Positions 43,101 through 53,240 of a stretch of DNA of 64,000 bases are shown in pieces. The DNA is taken from the NCBI GenBank assembly GCA_000002445.1, contig AE017150.2:832001-896000 (forward strand), read 5' to 3'. The notes under the pieces are model-generated. The model saw only the letters and a list, made by a program, of their open reading frames with translations. It ran no database searches and was not told the origin of the DNA. The DNA is from Trypanosoma brucei (lineage: Eukaryota). The position numbers and the translations under genes are program-made. Numbering within the stretch: the first letter of the stretch is position 1; every line of letters starts with the position of its first letter.

Positions 43101-44462
43101 ACAGCCGACGGCGGGCGCGCTCCGCTCCAGGGCGTTAAGGTGGGCAACACAACGCGACAGGAGAGAGGATGTTTTCTCTTTCGCATACGCGTTAACGTCT
43201 GGGGCGGTCTCACCAACGTGTCCAACTGTCATGAGAGTGTAGGCGTCAAGCAACAACACTTCTCTGTACACCAAGGGCCCAAATCGCCCTGCTGCGGCAG
43301 AGACAAGCGGAGATTCCAGGCCAGCGACGTCATCCCCCCGCACGGAAGCGTGAGAAGCAGATACCAGGGCACTGTGAAGAAGTAAAATTGGTAGTACGCG
43401 GCCGTGGCGACGGAATGAACAAATGGTACGGCGAAGCGACTGCAACGCGCCGACCTTCGTGCGAGTTCCTACGTCCGTACGGGCAAGCACAAAGTGCGCG
43501 TAACGCACCATCTCAAAAAGAAGCAAGCGCCAAAAAGGGGAAAAGCGCTCTGCCTCCGAAGGAATACAGGAAATTGGTAAAATATTTTGTAACGATAAAA
43601 GCAGTCTCTCTTCTCTCTCGTTCTCACCAAACAGGCACCCATCCAATGCATCCAGCTCTGAGCCGTCATTCGGGAATTGGAAAAGATAACCAGTTGGGGC
43701 CCGGCACACTTCCACCGTTGCGGACTCTAGCAACTCGGTATTTTCAACGTCAGGGCTCACCGCGCACCGCCACAACAACCACAGCACCCCTCCGTGTGCA
43801 CCACGTTTCACCAACAGCTGCATGCTCTTCCGCAAAGGACCTCCAGTGGTGTCCTCAGCTGCAGCAGCACAGGCAAGTGGCAAAAGAAGGTGCACACTCA
43901 AAATATTATCTTGCCGCAACCAGTATGTAAAAATTGTTGTTGCACAATCCCACGTTTCTTGCACTGTCCAGAAGAACTCGTACTTCTTTTCACTCCGTTC
44001 CGCATGCCAACCGCGGCCTAACCGGCATCCACCAACCATGTCCCTCACGAACAGAGCATACTCCCTTTGCACGCCACAGAGAAGCCGCCAGGATCCCCCC
44101 TCCTCTGAAGTAGCGGTGGCTTTATGACGAGTATTTTCCTCACCACCCGGAACCAAAGGAAATGGGGGAGGAGTGTCTAAAAGACCCGCCACAGCGCTTG
44201 CGCCCAGCCCTGTCGCGACTATAATGTCACACAATATTCCCTCGCGTATAAGCGAACGCAGCGGCAGGGAGTTGTACAAAAAGAAAGAAACCGACAGTGC
44301 TGCGTCCGACCGACCCTTCGTCACGTGAAACAACTCGCTGAACAAGTGCGACTTCAGGGAGGGTTTGCTACCCTCAGGGTTAAAGGCGATGCCATACTCT
44401 ACCGGCACAACACAACGCGCGTGCGCAACAGCACTCTGCCGGATAAAAGGTGGCTTCAGCAT
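40188..44462 (-). CDS. large (1424 aa) protein with a central tandem array of about 9 RanBP2-type / C2C2 zinc-ribbon fingers
   Basis: Repeated W-x-C-x2-C-x3-N-x6-C-x2-C motifs include WRCRSCTRWNRRGASTCQYCG, WRCGRCSHTNEPQHLFYCARCA, FDCRVCGRHNPLGMLRPWCSLCG, WRCVECHTACPWLLTHCHGCG and RQCTRCGATCPAWSVVCRSCE. More C2C2 units follow. They are encoded at roughly 41070-42215. The flanking ~750-aa N-terminal and ~300-aa C-terminal regions have no recognised domain. Confidence 0.6.
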   Translation of the reverse strand: MLKPPFIRQSAVAHARCVVPVEYGIAFNPEGSKPSLKSHLFSELFHVTKGRSDAALSVSFFLYNSLPLRSLIREGILCDIIVATGLGASAVAGLLDTPPPFPLVPGGEENTRHKATATSEEGGSWRLLCGVQREYALFVRDMVGGCRLGRGWHAERSEKKYEFFWTVQETWDCATTIFTYWLRQDNILSVHLLLPLACAAAAEDTTGGPLRKSMQLLVKRGAHGGVLWLLWRCAVSPDVENTELLESATVEVCRAPTGYLFQFPNDGSELDALDGCLFGENEREERLLLSLQNILPISCIPSEAERFSPFWRLLLFEMVRYAHFVLARTDVGTRTKVGALQSLRRTICSFRRHGRVLPILLLHSALVSASHASVRGDDVAGLESPLVSAAAGRFGPLVYREVLLLDAYTLMTVGHVGETAPDVNAYAKEKTSSLLSRCVAHLNALERSAPAVGCDRDAIGLHRGARAVVDRRLREAIRISFKLFLRCGAYEIIERHLHDCPSLGGSWEGGKALVLLGRYSEAVEVFTHFLLGARRHFAAGLPHYIRDLMLEAVEGASRRYCSESGFEEALVGMFRLYDLTRAWKFPIPPAVAFSAVAHGCAGANDSHLGYATPYECLQLLHALLHRHTSVETYRRDGLLSKVVELYVRLLGECRSGEATSDHFCLLSLLDRAHPGLGARRMALQHFLSLGFVEGISVVLLDVVGAPRCPVTHLSPLHEMPLASLESLNHRVTTTEMGEHTDKVLKAVQSALEFRRYVGRQRQPWRCRSCTRWNRRGASTCQYCGTLELAVIQCRGCGGFSPSNFPICLVCGAETLERGAGVGCDALPLDGCTIFPLRRWRCGRCSHTNEPQHLFYCARCASPQPTMEEAMARTAFDCRVCGRHNPLGMLRPWCSLCGTLCTAAASGPPKTLWRCVECHTACPWLLTHCHGCGATKSASFTRLDTPWATRQCTRCGATCPAWSVVCRSCEDVLEPTERDPGRRDIDFTEGGVEPAYTSCPHCGSLYDGKEAVACPTCHAPRPHTACTLWVCLKNNCLGVNLRKGSGEGLLACLHCGAAHDAVAVATYYTNPLRYREIRSCTDMHPSAAEQKVGGAAVASDLHHTVKEVEDISGSGNHPAGDGDGVSPGGAEVCLPTALLFPLPLGPSPCASCGTFLHLENLAGVCPACNHCNQRRSLPSSVWPAEQEIVHRLRLKIVLNAVRRAAHGELSPSTALKLLRSAVAALQRAEEAALPWRGCDLSRGLRCGIRPRVPVLEDGTVHSAVRSVAEIIQLACLLALEGKPNNVVDGVPVVSWAHKRPWVAIALDLVDLMNLTTDYDELGFEVLSQLCELVRPMQKAHIYRETRWAYLRYMKLPRQWIVNDVVCPACLHRKAVPRESRVVTEVVGTNMNDICKCKRHTTANSAANSGGSKCTTAAGGLLPLHE

Positions 44463-45243
44463 CCATCAGTCACTCTTCCTCTTCCTCCTCCTCCCACGGC
44501 ACAGAAATTAACAGCTGCAACAAGGTAACAAAAAAGCAAAAAAAAGGAAATGAACGATACCACCACAGAAAAAAGGCGGAGGCGGGAATTATAGTGAGCT
44601 CTCCGCCAGCGAACAACAGCCGTGGAATATGTGCTTAGGTGCAAACAAGTGAGCCACAAAACGGGCAGCAAAACTGTCACAAACAGCGAGAACGCCTGGT
44701 AAACATCACACCTCGGTGCCCCGTCCAAACGCGCTCCGGTGCAGCGCATCTACAATATCATGTACGTAAGCGGCCCTGTTGTTCGTAACGCGCAGTCGTT
44801 CTACAGGCTCAAAGTACGGCACCAGTATCTCCTGTCTAAGAAGTTGTAGTGTGCGCTGCAGAACTTCCACCCGTGTCTCTGAAGGAAGCTGACGAGAAAC
44901 ACCATCCGTTGTCATCGCGCCTACAGCGGCGGTGCGGGCTGCGGAAGATGCTGTCTCGCTTGTATTCATAAAGTCCATCAACTTCACGACGACGAAAGGC
45001 ACGGCGGCCCTAGACTAGTGTTGAGCATTATGGAAAAGAAAAGGGTTACGGCAAAATCCGTGCATAGGGACAGAAGGGGGAAATGGGCGCAAAGAAACAA
45101 GATAAACCGAGCAAACATGTTGCAACCACTTTGTGATGGGATGTTACGTGTACCATCTTCGAATAGGCCAGGAACGGCATTCGTTTCCACTAGTGGGGGC
45201 CGAGTCCCCTTAAAGCAACTTTACTCCGTTATCGTGCGCGCTG

Positions 45244-47046
45244 TCACACTCCTTGATCATTTGGAGACGCTACTGCAGAACCTGTTGGACTTGGGGGACG
45301 GAAAAGCAAACCCTGCAAAATATCACCCAGCAATTTTATGCCGTCCACTGTCCTAGCGGCTTCCTCGGCACGGGTAGCGATGACATCCTGTCCAGCCTCC
45401 CTTGCTACTGAGGCCACATCTAAGAGAAGTAAGAGCACAGCCGCATCCATAATCGACCGGTCGGCTAGCCGACAGCAATGCAACGGCAATCGTACGTCAC
45501 TACCCGTCCCACTTCCAGGAGAGCACACCACCTCAGGTGACAGAACAGGCCGTCGCAGTACGTAGCTGCGCCCACCACACACTAAGAGCGGATGTGGGAG
45601 AGTACAACCGTAAAGAGTGGACAACGCAACCACGAGATGCGCCGCGCAACCAAGAGAGAGACCCCATTCCTGCAGCAACTCGGTTGACACCCCCTCTGAC
45701 TGGTTGAGTGTTGGCAAGCGGAACCCGCATATACTATACCCAGTGCCGGCCGCCGTGGTGTGGAGAGAGTTACCAGCGCAGCGGATGGGGAACAGCTCCC
45801 GCAACTCCACCACCCTGTAGTACCTCGCCCGCCCAAGCTGTGTGCGAAGGGAGGCATGTTTTCGCTCCTGCTCCTGCACCGTGCTGATGGACAGTTCCTG
45901 TTCCATCCTTTCCTGATCCAACTTTTGCTCTACCGTTTCCAGTTGCGTGTATAGTGACAGTGCGGCCCTCCGTTCATCCGCATATTCTCTACGCAGCTTC
46001 TCCAAGGACAGAAGTTCATATCGCTGCCTCTCGCGGGCACTCTCCAAGCGCGCCTTCAGCACGGCATGCTGCGCCCCCACCACCGCACCCTCTCCTCCCA
46101 AATAGCCGTACTTATCAGCCTTGTCCATGAGTGCCTTCTGCAATTTAGCCCTTGCTGAGCCGAATTCGTTCAAATAGACCCACGCCAAAGTGCCTGTCGA
46201 ACAGGCCTTCAGGTCTCCGACCGACATATTCTTCAAACTGTCAATACGTCGCAGCAGCGCGCCGTTGCGGGTCTCGTTATGAGATGAGGTCACCGAGCCA
46301 CCAGCTCCCCATGCAGTTGGCGCCGCCATTTTGAACAGTGATATTTGTGCTTCCGCAGAGTCCTCCCGCTCCGCACACATGCCTTGGTGTAGCGGAAAGA
46401 AAACACCATCGCTACACCGCAGTAACAAGACAAAAGAATGCAACCCATTGTCCACATGACAGGGCAGTTGCGGTAACTCATCCGCGGCTGTCATGCTCGG
46501 TGCTACAAACTGTACATGGGACGTCTCCACCAACATCTCGTACAGAAGCAAATCCGTATCAGGTGCCGGTCGTGGATCTTTCAGATGTGTTGTGCAGGAG
46601 TACAGAGAAAAGATAAACTTCGTCAGACTTGCGAATTGCATCCGCACCGATTCCGGAATATGCTGCCACACCGGATGCTGAGTATCACACTGAACCTCAC
46701 TCATGTAAATGCAGCGACCCCCATCGGTGGAAGCCCTCTCAGCGACACCCGCATCAACAGCGGCCTCTGAACCTCTTTGGTTTGTGGTCTTCGGAGCAGA
46801 ACTAATAACAAAATAAGATGATATACATCGCCGATCATTCTCCTGGGCTTCTTTGCTTTCGCCATGTGCCCCCGGTTCATCTCCGGCGTTTTTTAGCGGT
46901 AGGTTGCGGGCGTAGATATGCAATATGTGCCGAAAACAGCGAAGCTCAGGTGGAACCACCGAACACGTCATGATGTTCAGTGGTACAGAGCAGGCAACAC
47001 AAACTACGAAAACAAACAAGAGATAACTGTCCAGTTTGTCCCCCAC
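45244..47046 (-). CDS. hypothetical protein, 600 aa, with an N-terminal C2-like region and central coiled coil; possible UVRAG/Vps38-like PI3K-complex subunit
   Basis: The N-terminal LRCFRHILHIYARNL ... YFVISS ... IYMSEVQCDTQHPVWQHI ... FIFSLYSC parallels the UVRAG C2 region (RRLRHLRNIAARNI ... YFTLHL ... [22 protein letters not shown] ... FVVKIWGG). A coiled coil follows (LESARERQRYELLSLEKLRREYADERRAALSLYTQLETVEQKLDQERMEQE). The assignment is speculative. Confidence 0.4.
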   Translation of the reverse strand: MGDKLDSYLLFVFVVCVACSVPLNIMTCSVVPPELRCFRHILHIYARNLPLKNAGDEPGAHGESKEAQENDRRCISSYFVISSAPKTTNQRGSEAAVDAGVAERASTDGGRCIYMSEVQCDTQHPVWQHIPESVRMQFASLTKFIFSLYSCTTHLKDPRPAPDTDLLLYEMLVETSHVQFVAPSMTAADELPQLPCHVDNGLHSFVLLLRCSDGVFFPLHQGMCAEREDSAEAQISLFKMAAPTAWGAGGSVTSSHNETRNGALLRRIDSLKNMSVGDLKACSTGTLAWVYLNEFGSARAKLQKALMDKADKYGYLGGEGAVVGAQHAVLKARLESARERQRYELLSLEKLRREYADERRAALSLYTQLETVEQKLDQERMEQELSISTVQEQERKHASLRTQLGRARYYRVVELRELFPIRCAGNSLHTTAAGTGYSICGFRLPTLNQSEGVSTELLQEWGLSLGCAAHLVVALSTLYGCTLPHPLLVCGGRSYVLRRPVLSPEVVCSPGSGTGSDVRLPLHCCRLADRSIMDAAVLLLLLDVASVAREAGQDVIATRAEEAARTVDGIKLLGDILQGLLFRPPSPTGSAVASPNDQGV

Positions 47047-47547
47047 TTACACGCCTCCCTGAGTGGGACAATGTGCCCCCTCCCTCCTTACTTCTGCCTT
47101 AGTTTTGCTTCTCCCCTTAATTACGTTTTCGGCCCTCGTACTATCCCTACGAGGGGAAGACGAATAGCTAAAATATATAAAAGTGAAAAGAAAATTATAC
47201 AAATGAGTCACGGAAAGCCATGCAAACAAAGAGGATGGCGTGACCGAGCACTGAGCAACAGGGTGCAACAACAAGAAGCGAACATAAGCAGAAGATGAAT
47301 ACGGTGAGTGATCTGGTGAGGCGAGAGAAGGAGACACAAAAGCGGAAGAGGTGGTACGTTCATAAACATCACATGAACAGTACCCCTTTGCCATTCAGTC
47401 CCCACTCAGCGTCACCGTCACTGCCGTCGATATATTTCCGCACTTATCTCTCTTATTGGTTCCCGCTACTAGCTCCCAGCTTTTATCCCCACCTTCGTTA
47501 CTTCTCAACAAGGTCCTTCACACTCAAACCCTCGCCGAACTTGTCCC

Positions 47548-48387
47548 TTAACGATTGCCGGTGGCTGCTGCACGCGAGAATCCTTCACAAAGGCGGGAGC
47601 ACATGACATGTGCTGTCATCGGGTAGGCGCTGAGACAAACCTGCTGCGTGACATAATCCACCCCATCGAGACTTCCATCCTCAGAGCAACAAATGCAGAA
47701 AAAGCCCGCGACTCCCTTCAAGCCACCCTGCAGCTTGTCATCCACGGGGTTTTCCAGAGCTGCGCGAGCCAACTGCGTGGGGGTGCGAACAGGCGCACTA
47801 TGGGCGTTGGTAAGTCCAATTACTTCTGCGCCATACGGAAGAACTGGGGCAAGCGAGCCAGGGAGTACTTGAAGCAAAACTTCGCCATCTTGCGACCGGA
47901 CTACACCATCGCGTAATAGCGCCGCCACGAGACCCTTGAACCTGCGAAGCGTACGTGGTGGACGCAGTGAAGGGGAAACCTCAACAGTGCGGCCTCCACG
48001 GGAAAATAGGTTGATGAACACGCGTAACTGGCGTTGCTCTTGGGCAAGGCCAGAGTCAAACAGAGCGAGAAGACATTGATGAACGATATCTGGTCGCACG
48101 TCGCGCAGTGAAGCATTCGCAATGGTAGTTGACCCCGCGCGATCGTACGCGTCCACAACGCCCTCGCGCCCAAGCAGTAGTCCAGCTTTTTCGAGTATAA
48201 CAACGACGGAGGGGCAACTAACAGCGGAAGCTCCCGATCCTCTTGTGGATAGTCCACGGCACAAAGGACGGTACAAACTGCTAACTGGAGAAGCGTTGTC
48301 CTCAACTCGCTTTCGTTTCGCCCCTACATGCATCCTAGAACTGAACTGTTGGCCACGTCGATTCAAAAGCGTGTGCGAGGGGGGCAT
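47548..48387 (-). CDS. EMG1: ribosome biogenesis SSU rRNA pseudouridine-N1 methyltransferase NEP1/EMG1 (SPOUT family)
   Basis: 279 aa. VVVILEKAGLLLGREG ... RPDIVHQCLLALFDSGLAQEQRQLRVFINLFSRGGRTVEVSPSLRPPRTLRRFKGLVAALL closely parallels the conserved EMG1 core (RPDITHQCLLMLLDSPLN ... RIPRTFDRFCGLMVQLL). Confidence 0.8.
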   Translation of the reverse strand: MPPSHTLLNRRGQQFSSRMHVGAKRKRVEDNASPVSSLYRPLCRGLSTRGSGASAVSCPSVVVILEKAGLLLGREGVVDAYDRAGSTTIANASLRDVRPDIVHQCLLALFDSGLAQEQRQLRVFINLFSRGGRTVEVSPSLRPPRTLRRFKGLVAALLRDGVVRSQDGEVLLQVLPGSLAPVLPYGAEVIGLTNAHSAPVRTPTQLARAALENPVDDKLQGGLKGVAGFFCICCSEDGSLDGVDYVTQQVCLSAYPMTAHVMCSRLCEGFSRAAATGNR

Positions 48388-48787
48388 ACGGCTTCAGGAC
48401 TCTTACTCGTACTCGTACTGGCTCCAGGTGCACAAAAACAAAGAACACGGCACGGGGGAAACAGGTGTACTTAACAGTTAGTTAAGTAAAACAAAGACAG
48501 TACAAGGGGGAAAAGCACACAATGTTCGCGTTGTAACACTTCATCGCACAATGCAATAAAGCACATGATACAAGAGAAAGCCAGGTCAAACACGTGGCAA
48601 GAGCGAAGCAAACAAAAAAAAAACACCACCGCATTGGCTCTTCGAATCTACGAAACGCAACATTTGACAGTACTTAGAGCCGCCAATCATATCACGTCAC
48701 TCTCATGACTTGTGCATTTGCGCCCGCTCGATCCCCCACCTCTTGCGCCCGCCATTTTCCCCCACTCGCTCACTCAGTAAAGGAATA

Positions 48788-51433
48788 TCAAAACGGTCCG
48801 GAGGGCCCCTCTGACGAGACAAATCTCCCCTGTCCGTTGCTCTTGATATCGGGGCGGAGCATCACAGCAGCAGCTGCAACAAGTTGCTCCACACGGGTCA
48901 ATGTCTCTGTTTCCTCTCGCGTCAACGAACGGCCAACTGACTCCTGCGACTCCAAAAACAACCGAAGAGTCTCCTCACACTTCTGCAGTGGAAGAAGAAG
49001 TCTGCCGGGGGTACTCTGCGAAGAACAGTGGGAAGAATCACTTGACGCATCCACAGTGAGCTGCGATCCCTGTGAACCCCCTTTGATTGCCTTTGTTTCT
49101 GAAGTTGGAACCCGACCCAAGTGGGGAAAAAGCATTTGCCAGACGGTAACTTGTGGCGCCAATAAGGCCTCGCATGAGTGCATGGTCACGTCGCCACCAG
49201 TAGTAAGCCCCTTCCCTTCCAGAATCTGACGGAGTGCCGTAGCGACAGAGCCCCCAGGACACAACTCCGCCACCGGTACCGAGGTTTCGCGCTGCGCAAA
49301 AAGGTACAAACACACCGCCGCGTGGTAGCGCAAGATCCCCTCCACACACTGAGACCTGTCGGCTGGCTCTCCGCTGAGCCTACTACCATGTAAGTCGCTT
49401 CCGGATTCCAAGGGTTTGAAGCTTATCTGCACCAGGCGGTGCAACAGTGTGCTATAGGCTGAATCACCACACTGTAAAAGTCCTGCAACAGCAACAATCT
49501 CCGCAGCTACAAATCGTGCACACACGCGAACATCATCCGACGAGTCAGCTGAGTTGTAAAGCGCCTCAATAGCACGCGTGGCAACAGAGAACAAGGGCAC
49601 CACGTTGATGCTACGTGAACCGCTCGTGTGGTTGCACTGCCGCAAAATTTCAACAAGCTTTCCTGGGACCGATGTTAGAACCATGCACAGACGTTGTTTC
49701 TGATCCCCTTCATTGTGTGAAAAAGCGGATTGAAGCTCGTCATGGAGAGCCGAAACAGCCGTTCCCGGTGGAGTCGCTGACACCGCTGCACCCGCTGCGC
49801 GCTCATTACCGCTGAGCACCAGCATCTCCTCCCACCACCACTGATACACACGCGACTGGTGGTACAGTATGCTTACCATGCGATGAAACGTCGGACCTTC
49901 CGGAGGCACGGATCCAACCGTAGAGTCGTTCCTTGTGCCAGTGAGCACCTCAGGCGGGACTCGCAACAGGCGGCATATCTCCGCTGTAAGGACGGCTAGT
50001 AGATTGAGAAATCTGCGCAGAGTCTCCACTTTATCATGCTGCAGAGTATGTGATCTGCGCAGAGCACATAGCTGTCCCTCGCCTAGGAGCAGCAGCTCTT
50101 CCCCCAAGGTTCGACGCAAAGCGCCAGGAAGAGCGTGTAGCGCCGCCTCCCACACCAACAGCACCCGAGCGGCGCTAGTATCGTTTGGTACAAGAAGCGC
50201 GGCAAGCAAAATACTGAAAACCCGAAAGCGCTGTAGCACACCGCACATGAAGCCACTCCCATTCTTTTCGAGGTTTCCGTCCTGCTGATCCAACTGCACG
50301 CTCCTTCGAACGGTACTACGCAGCAGCAACATGAGCTGTGCCCCAAGGTCAAGCTCCTGTGACGACTCCATCGCTTCCACCTCATGCCCCCGACCTGCGT
50401 AGTACACCTCCCGTGGGAGCTCCTTTGCGAGCTGTGAGACGCGTTTGTGCAGTGCACATGCCCCACTATCTTGCTCAACAAGGACAACTGTCATGTCTGG
50501 TAGCCACAAGAGCGAAACCTCCAACAACCGCTCTAGAGAAGCTGGCTTCTCCAACAACGGCACCATCGAACGCGCCATCGCCAACATGGCCGTCATTGCT
50601 GCCACCGCCGTTATAGAATCAACGTCCACCTCATCTCCCAACGATGTCGCTACCTCCGAAGGAGCAGTTCTCAGACACTTCACAAGCAACGGCGACCAGC
50701 CCCCATCCTCCCCAACCTGCTGTTCACCCAGTGTTCCCCCTAAAGCTCCGAGTGTGCCAAGCAGCCGCACCCCAACTTGTTTCTGCAGTTGTTGCGCAGC
50801 CTCCCCATTCTCGGTAGTAACAAGTGTGAAGACGGTCGTGATATGAAGATCCAATATCGAGTTAACAAATGCTTCATCCCGCACCGCAAACGACGGATGC
50901 TTCCTCACGGTCGAAACAAGGTATGAGGCCACGAAGGTTGTGAGTTTAATTTGTTTCGGATCAGACCAGTCGTGCGAAAAAATGTGGTGCTGTAGTTGCG
51001 AGAGCATGAAGTGTAGAATTTTGCAGTAAAGGCCCGCGGTAACATCTTTCAGGGCGGCAACTGAAAGCAGGAGTTTCCATGCAGTGTTCAGTAGCGACAT
51101 GCTGTGGGAACCGCCAACAGAGTTACACAACTGCAGCAGTTCCGGAACAGCTTGCTTATGATGCAAAAGGACTGCGTTTTCATCGAGAGTCCGTATAGAG
51201 TCCGCCTTCCCGGATGACAAAGCCGTCCGGAGGGCGTTAAGTGTGCCTTCCTCACTACCATGTTCCTGTGTCATGAAAACAATCCTTATTGTTGATGAAG
51301 GTATGTATATATTTCTACGTAGACGCGTACGCAAGAATGTCCTTCTGCCCAAAACTCCCCTAGTAAATGCACAAAACGCACACATGTGTACAAACCCAGT
51401 AATTACAGCAAGGGGAAAAGGTAAGCGATTCAA
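48788..51433 (-). CDS. hypothetical protein, 881 aa, predicted largely alpha-helical (possible HEAT/ARM-like solenoid)
   Basis: Long ORF, Leu/Ala-rich with periodic helices. No motif recognised. Confidence 0.5.
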   Translation of the reverse strand: MNRLPFPLAVITGFVHMCAFCAFTRGVLGRRTFLRTRLRRNIYIPSSTIRIVFMTQEHGSEEGTLNALRTALSSGKADSIRTLDENAVLLHHKQAVPELLQLCNSVGGSHSMSLLNTAWKLLLSVAALKDVTAGLYCKILHFMLSQLQHHIFSHDWSDPKQIKLTTFVASYLVSTVRKHPSFAVRDEAFVNSILDLHITTVFTLVTTENGEAAQQLQKQVGVRLLGTLGALGGTLGEQQVGEDGGWSPLLVKCLRTAPSEVATSLGDEVDVDSITAVAAMTAMLAMARSMVPLLEKPASLERLLEVSLLWLPDMTVVLVEQDSGACALHKRVSQLAKELPREVYYAGRGHEVEAMESSQELDLGAQLMLLLRSTVRRSVQLDQQDGNLEKNGSGFMCGVLQRFRVFSILLAALLVPNDTSAARVLLVWEAALHALPGALRRTLGEELLLLGEGQLCALRRSHTLQHDKVETLRRFLNLLAVLTAEICRLLRVPPEVLTGTRNDSTVGSVPPEGPTFHRMVSILYHQSRVYQWWWEEMLVLSGNERAAGAAVSATPPGTAVSALHDELQSAFSHNEGDQKQRLCMVLTSVPGKLVEILRQCNHTSGSRSINVVPLFSVATRAIEALYNSADSSDDVRVCARFVAAEIVAVAGLLQCGDSAYSTLLHRLVQISFKPLESGSDLHGSRLSGEPADRSQCVEGILRYHAAVCLYLFAQRETSVPVAELCPGGSVATALRQILEGKGLTTGGDVTMHSCEALLAPQVTVWQMLFPHLGRVPTSETKAIKGGSQGSQLTVDASSDSSHCSSQSTPGRLLLPLQKCEETLRLFLESQESVGRSLTREETETLTRVEQLVAAAAVMLRPDIKSNGQGRFVSSEGPSGPF

Positions 51434-52007
51434 CGAGCGGAAGATAGTTCATACAGAATCATCGTGCTTGTACCTCATCGGCCAAGCACCGGGAGTTGCA
51501 TAAATCGCAACAAACAGTCACACAGCGCTGTAGGGAAGGCGTGGGGGGGAGGGTAAGGAGCTTTCTAAAAAATTAAAACAGAAACGAGATGAGGCTCCAC
51601 TTCCGGTCGGCCATCACAATTCATCGGCTACTATGATTTTGCAGCTGTCTATAGTTTCGTGCCCCGAATGGAGGGACATGGTCATGCGTCCAAAACATTA
51701 AGAAAGGTATAACTAGATAACGATCAACACCACGCCCTTATGTACAAAGAACATATCTATGGTGACGGCTTTCAAAAAAGCACTCCGTGTATTAACACGA
51801 ACCACTCTTTTCCGCCGACTCCAGAGGTGGGCACCACCCGTTTTCGTTTTGTTGCTTCTATCCCCTTGTAACGAACTGGCGTTCACATGCAAGTCCTTTT
51901 TGCATCTATCTACTCTATTCGTTTAGCAGCGTGCTGACGGCTGTACGAACATATAAACAGACCGAAATGACGATAACAACAGCACTGAGTATACACAAAT
52001 ATATTCC

Positions 52008-53240
52008 TCACTTGTGTTGAAGCCTGAGAGCCATTGGTGGAGTCGGTGGCACGCGCAGAGTCACGCCTTTTGCGCCTGTCTCCTGGTGAACTGGCTTCCC
52101 TCGGGTACCACCCGGTGCAAGTAGAGACCCGGAGTTGGCTTCTTCTGTTACGCAGCGGTTTTGTGAACCACGAGCCACGCCAGCTCCGTCCACACACTCC
52201 GTTTTTGTTAGTAATACCTCTCCTTTGACCAATATTGCCTCCTCCAACTGCCGTACCCACTGTAAAAGATACTGAACTTGCGCAACCAACTGGGACTGAC
52301 GCTCCTCCAACCGCGTGGTAGCTTCGTCGTGCTGAAGTTTCAGTGCATGGAAAGCTACCTCTAGCTCCTCACATCGAGCTTCCGCCCGCGTTGCACGCTC
52401 CTGAGCATCCCGAAGGGCTGACTGCATGAAATCCAAACGTGAGTCGATGACTGATGGTTCCCTCCCCACAGAATCGAGCGTAGTCGTACCCTCCGCCTTC
52501 CGGGCGAGGGACACAACCACGGAAGATGCCCTTGAGTTTGAGGGCGCTGACCGGTTCGAGGGCCTTCGCACACTCTCTGAAGGCGCGGCATAACTCTTGC
52601 CCGACACTCTTTGAGTGTGAGCATCAGATCCCGTACTTCCAACACGTTTCAAACCTTCCTGCTGCGGGCGCCTCGGATTATCGGCGCTCGAGCTGCGGGT
52701 AACACGACGTGGCTCTGTGACCGGGTCACTTACGACAGGCTTTTTGCGCGGGGTTGGAGTCCTCCGATTCCACCCCGGCTTTGCCGGCGACTCGTCACGG
52801 CGGGGCGGACGTGGTGAGGGAGGTCGAAGGCCTTTACCCCGATGTCTCTGGTCTTCCCGCTGCTCCAGAGAAGTGCCAATTGGCGTTCGGCATTTTGCTT
52901 TTGTGCACTCGCTTTGTGGTAGTGCACCCGCGACGGCAGCCGTCTCCCTCGTCGGAGCATCACAGTGCTTATGGACGCTGCGCAGGAGCTCTTCGATGTG
53001 AGCCATCCGTGCGGCGCTGTCAAGTATTGCTGTTTCGGCGCAAGCAACACTCTCAAGCACGCGGCCAGGGTGCGCTGTTTGATAGTGATCGGTCAGTATA
53101 CTGCCAGTCGAAGGCAGTGCAGGGGGTTTTCCCCAGAGGGAGCGAGCTGCGGTGACGGATGTAGGCGTTGGCTCAAGCAGTGGGACCCGCACGACGGGGG
53201 GTGGGGGAGCCACACCTCTTGTTGCCATGCCGCTCCTCAC
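52008..53240 (-). CDS. hypothetical basic, Pro/Ser/Arg-rich, low-complexity protein (410 aa) with a C-terminal coiled coil
   Basis: ORF with long disordered segments rich in R, P, S and T, and a C-terminal heptad region (ATRAEARCEELEVAFHALKLQHDEATTRLEERQSQLVAQVQYLLQWVRQLEE). Confidence 0.45.
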   Translation of the reverse strand: MRSGMATRGVAPPPPVVRVPLLEPTPTSVTAARSLWGKPPALPSTGSILTDHYQTAHPGRVLESVACAETAILDSAARMAHIEELLRSVHKHCDAPTRETAAVAGALPQSECTKAKCRTPIGTSLEQREDQRHRGKGLRPPSPRPPRRDESPAKPGWNRRTPTPRKKPVVSDPVTEPRRVTRSSSADNPRRPQQEGLKRVGSTGSDAHTQRVSGKSYAAPSESVRRPSNRSAPSNSRASSVVVSLARKAEGTTTLDSVGREPSVIDSRLDFMQSALRDAQERATRAEARCEELEVAFHALKLQHDEATTRLEERQSQLVAQVQYLLQWVRQLEEAILVKGEVLLTKTECVDGAGVARGSQNRCVTEEANSGSLLAPGGTRGKPVHQETGAKGVTLRVPPTPPMALRLQHK

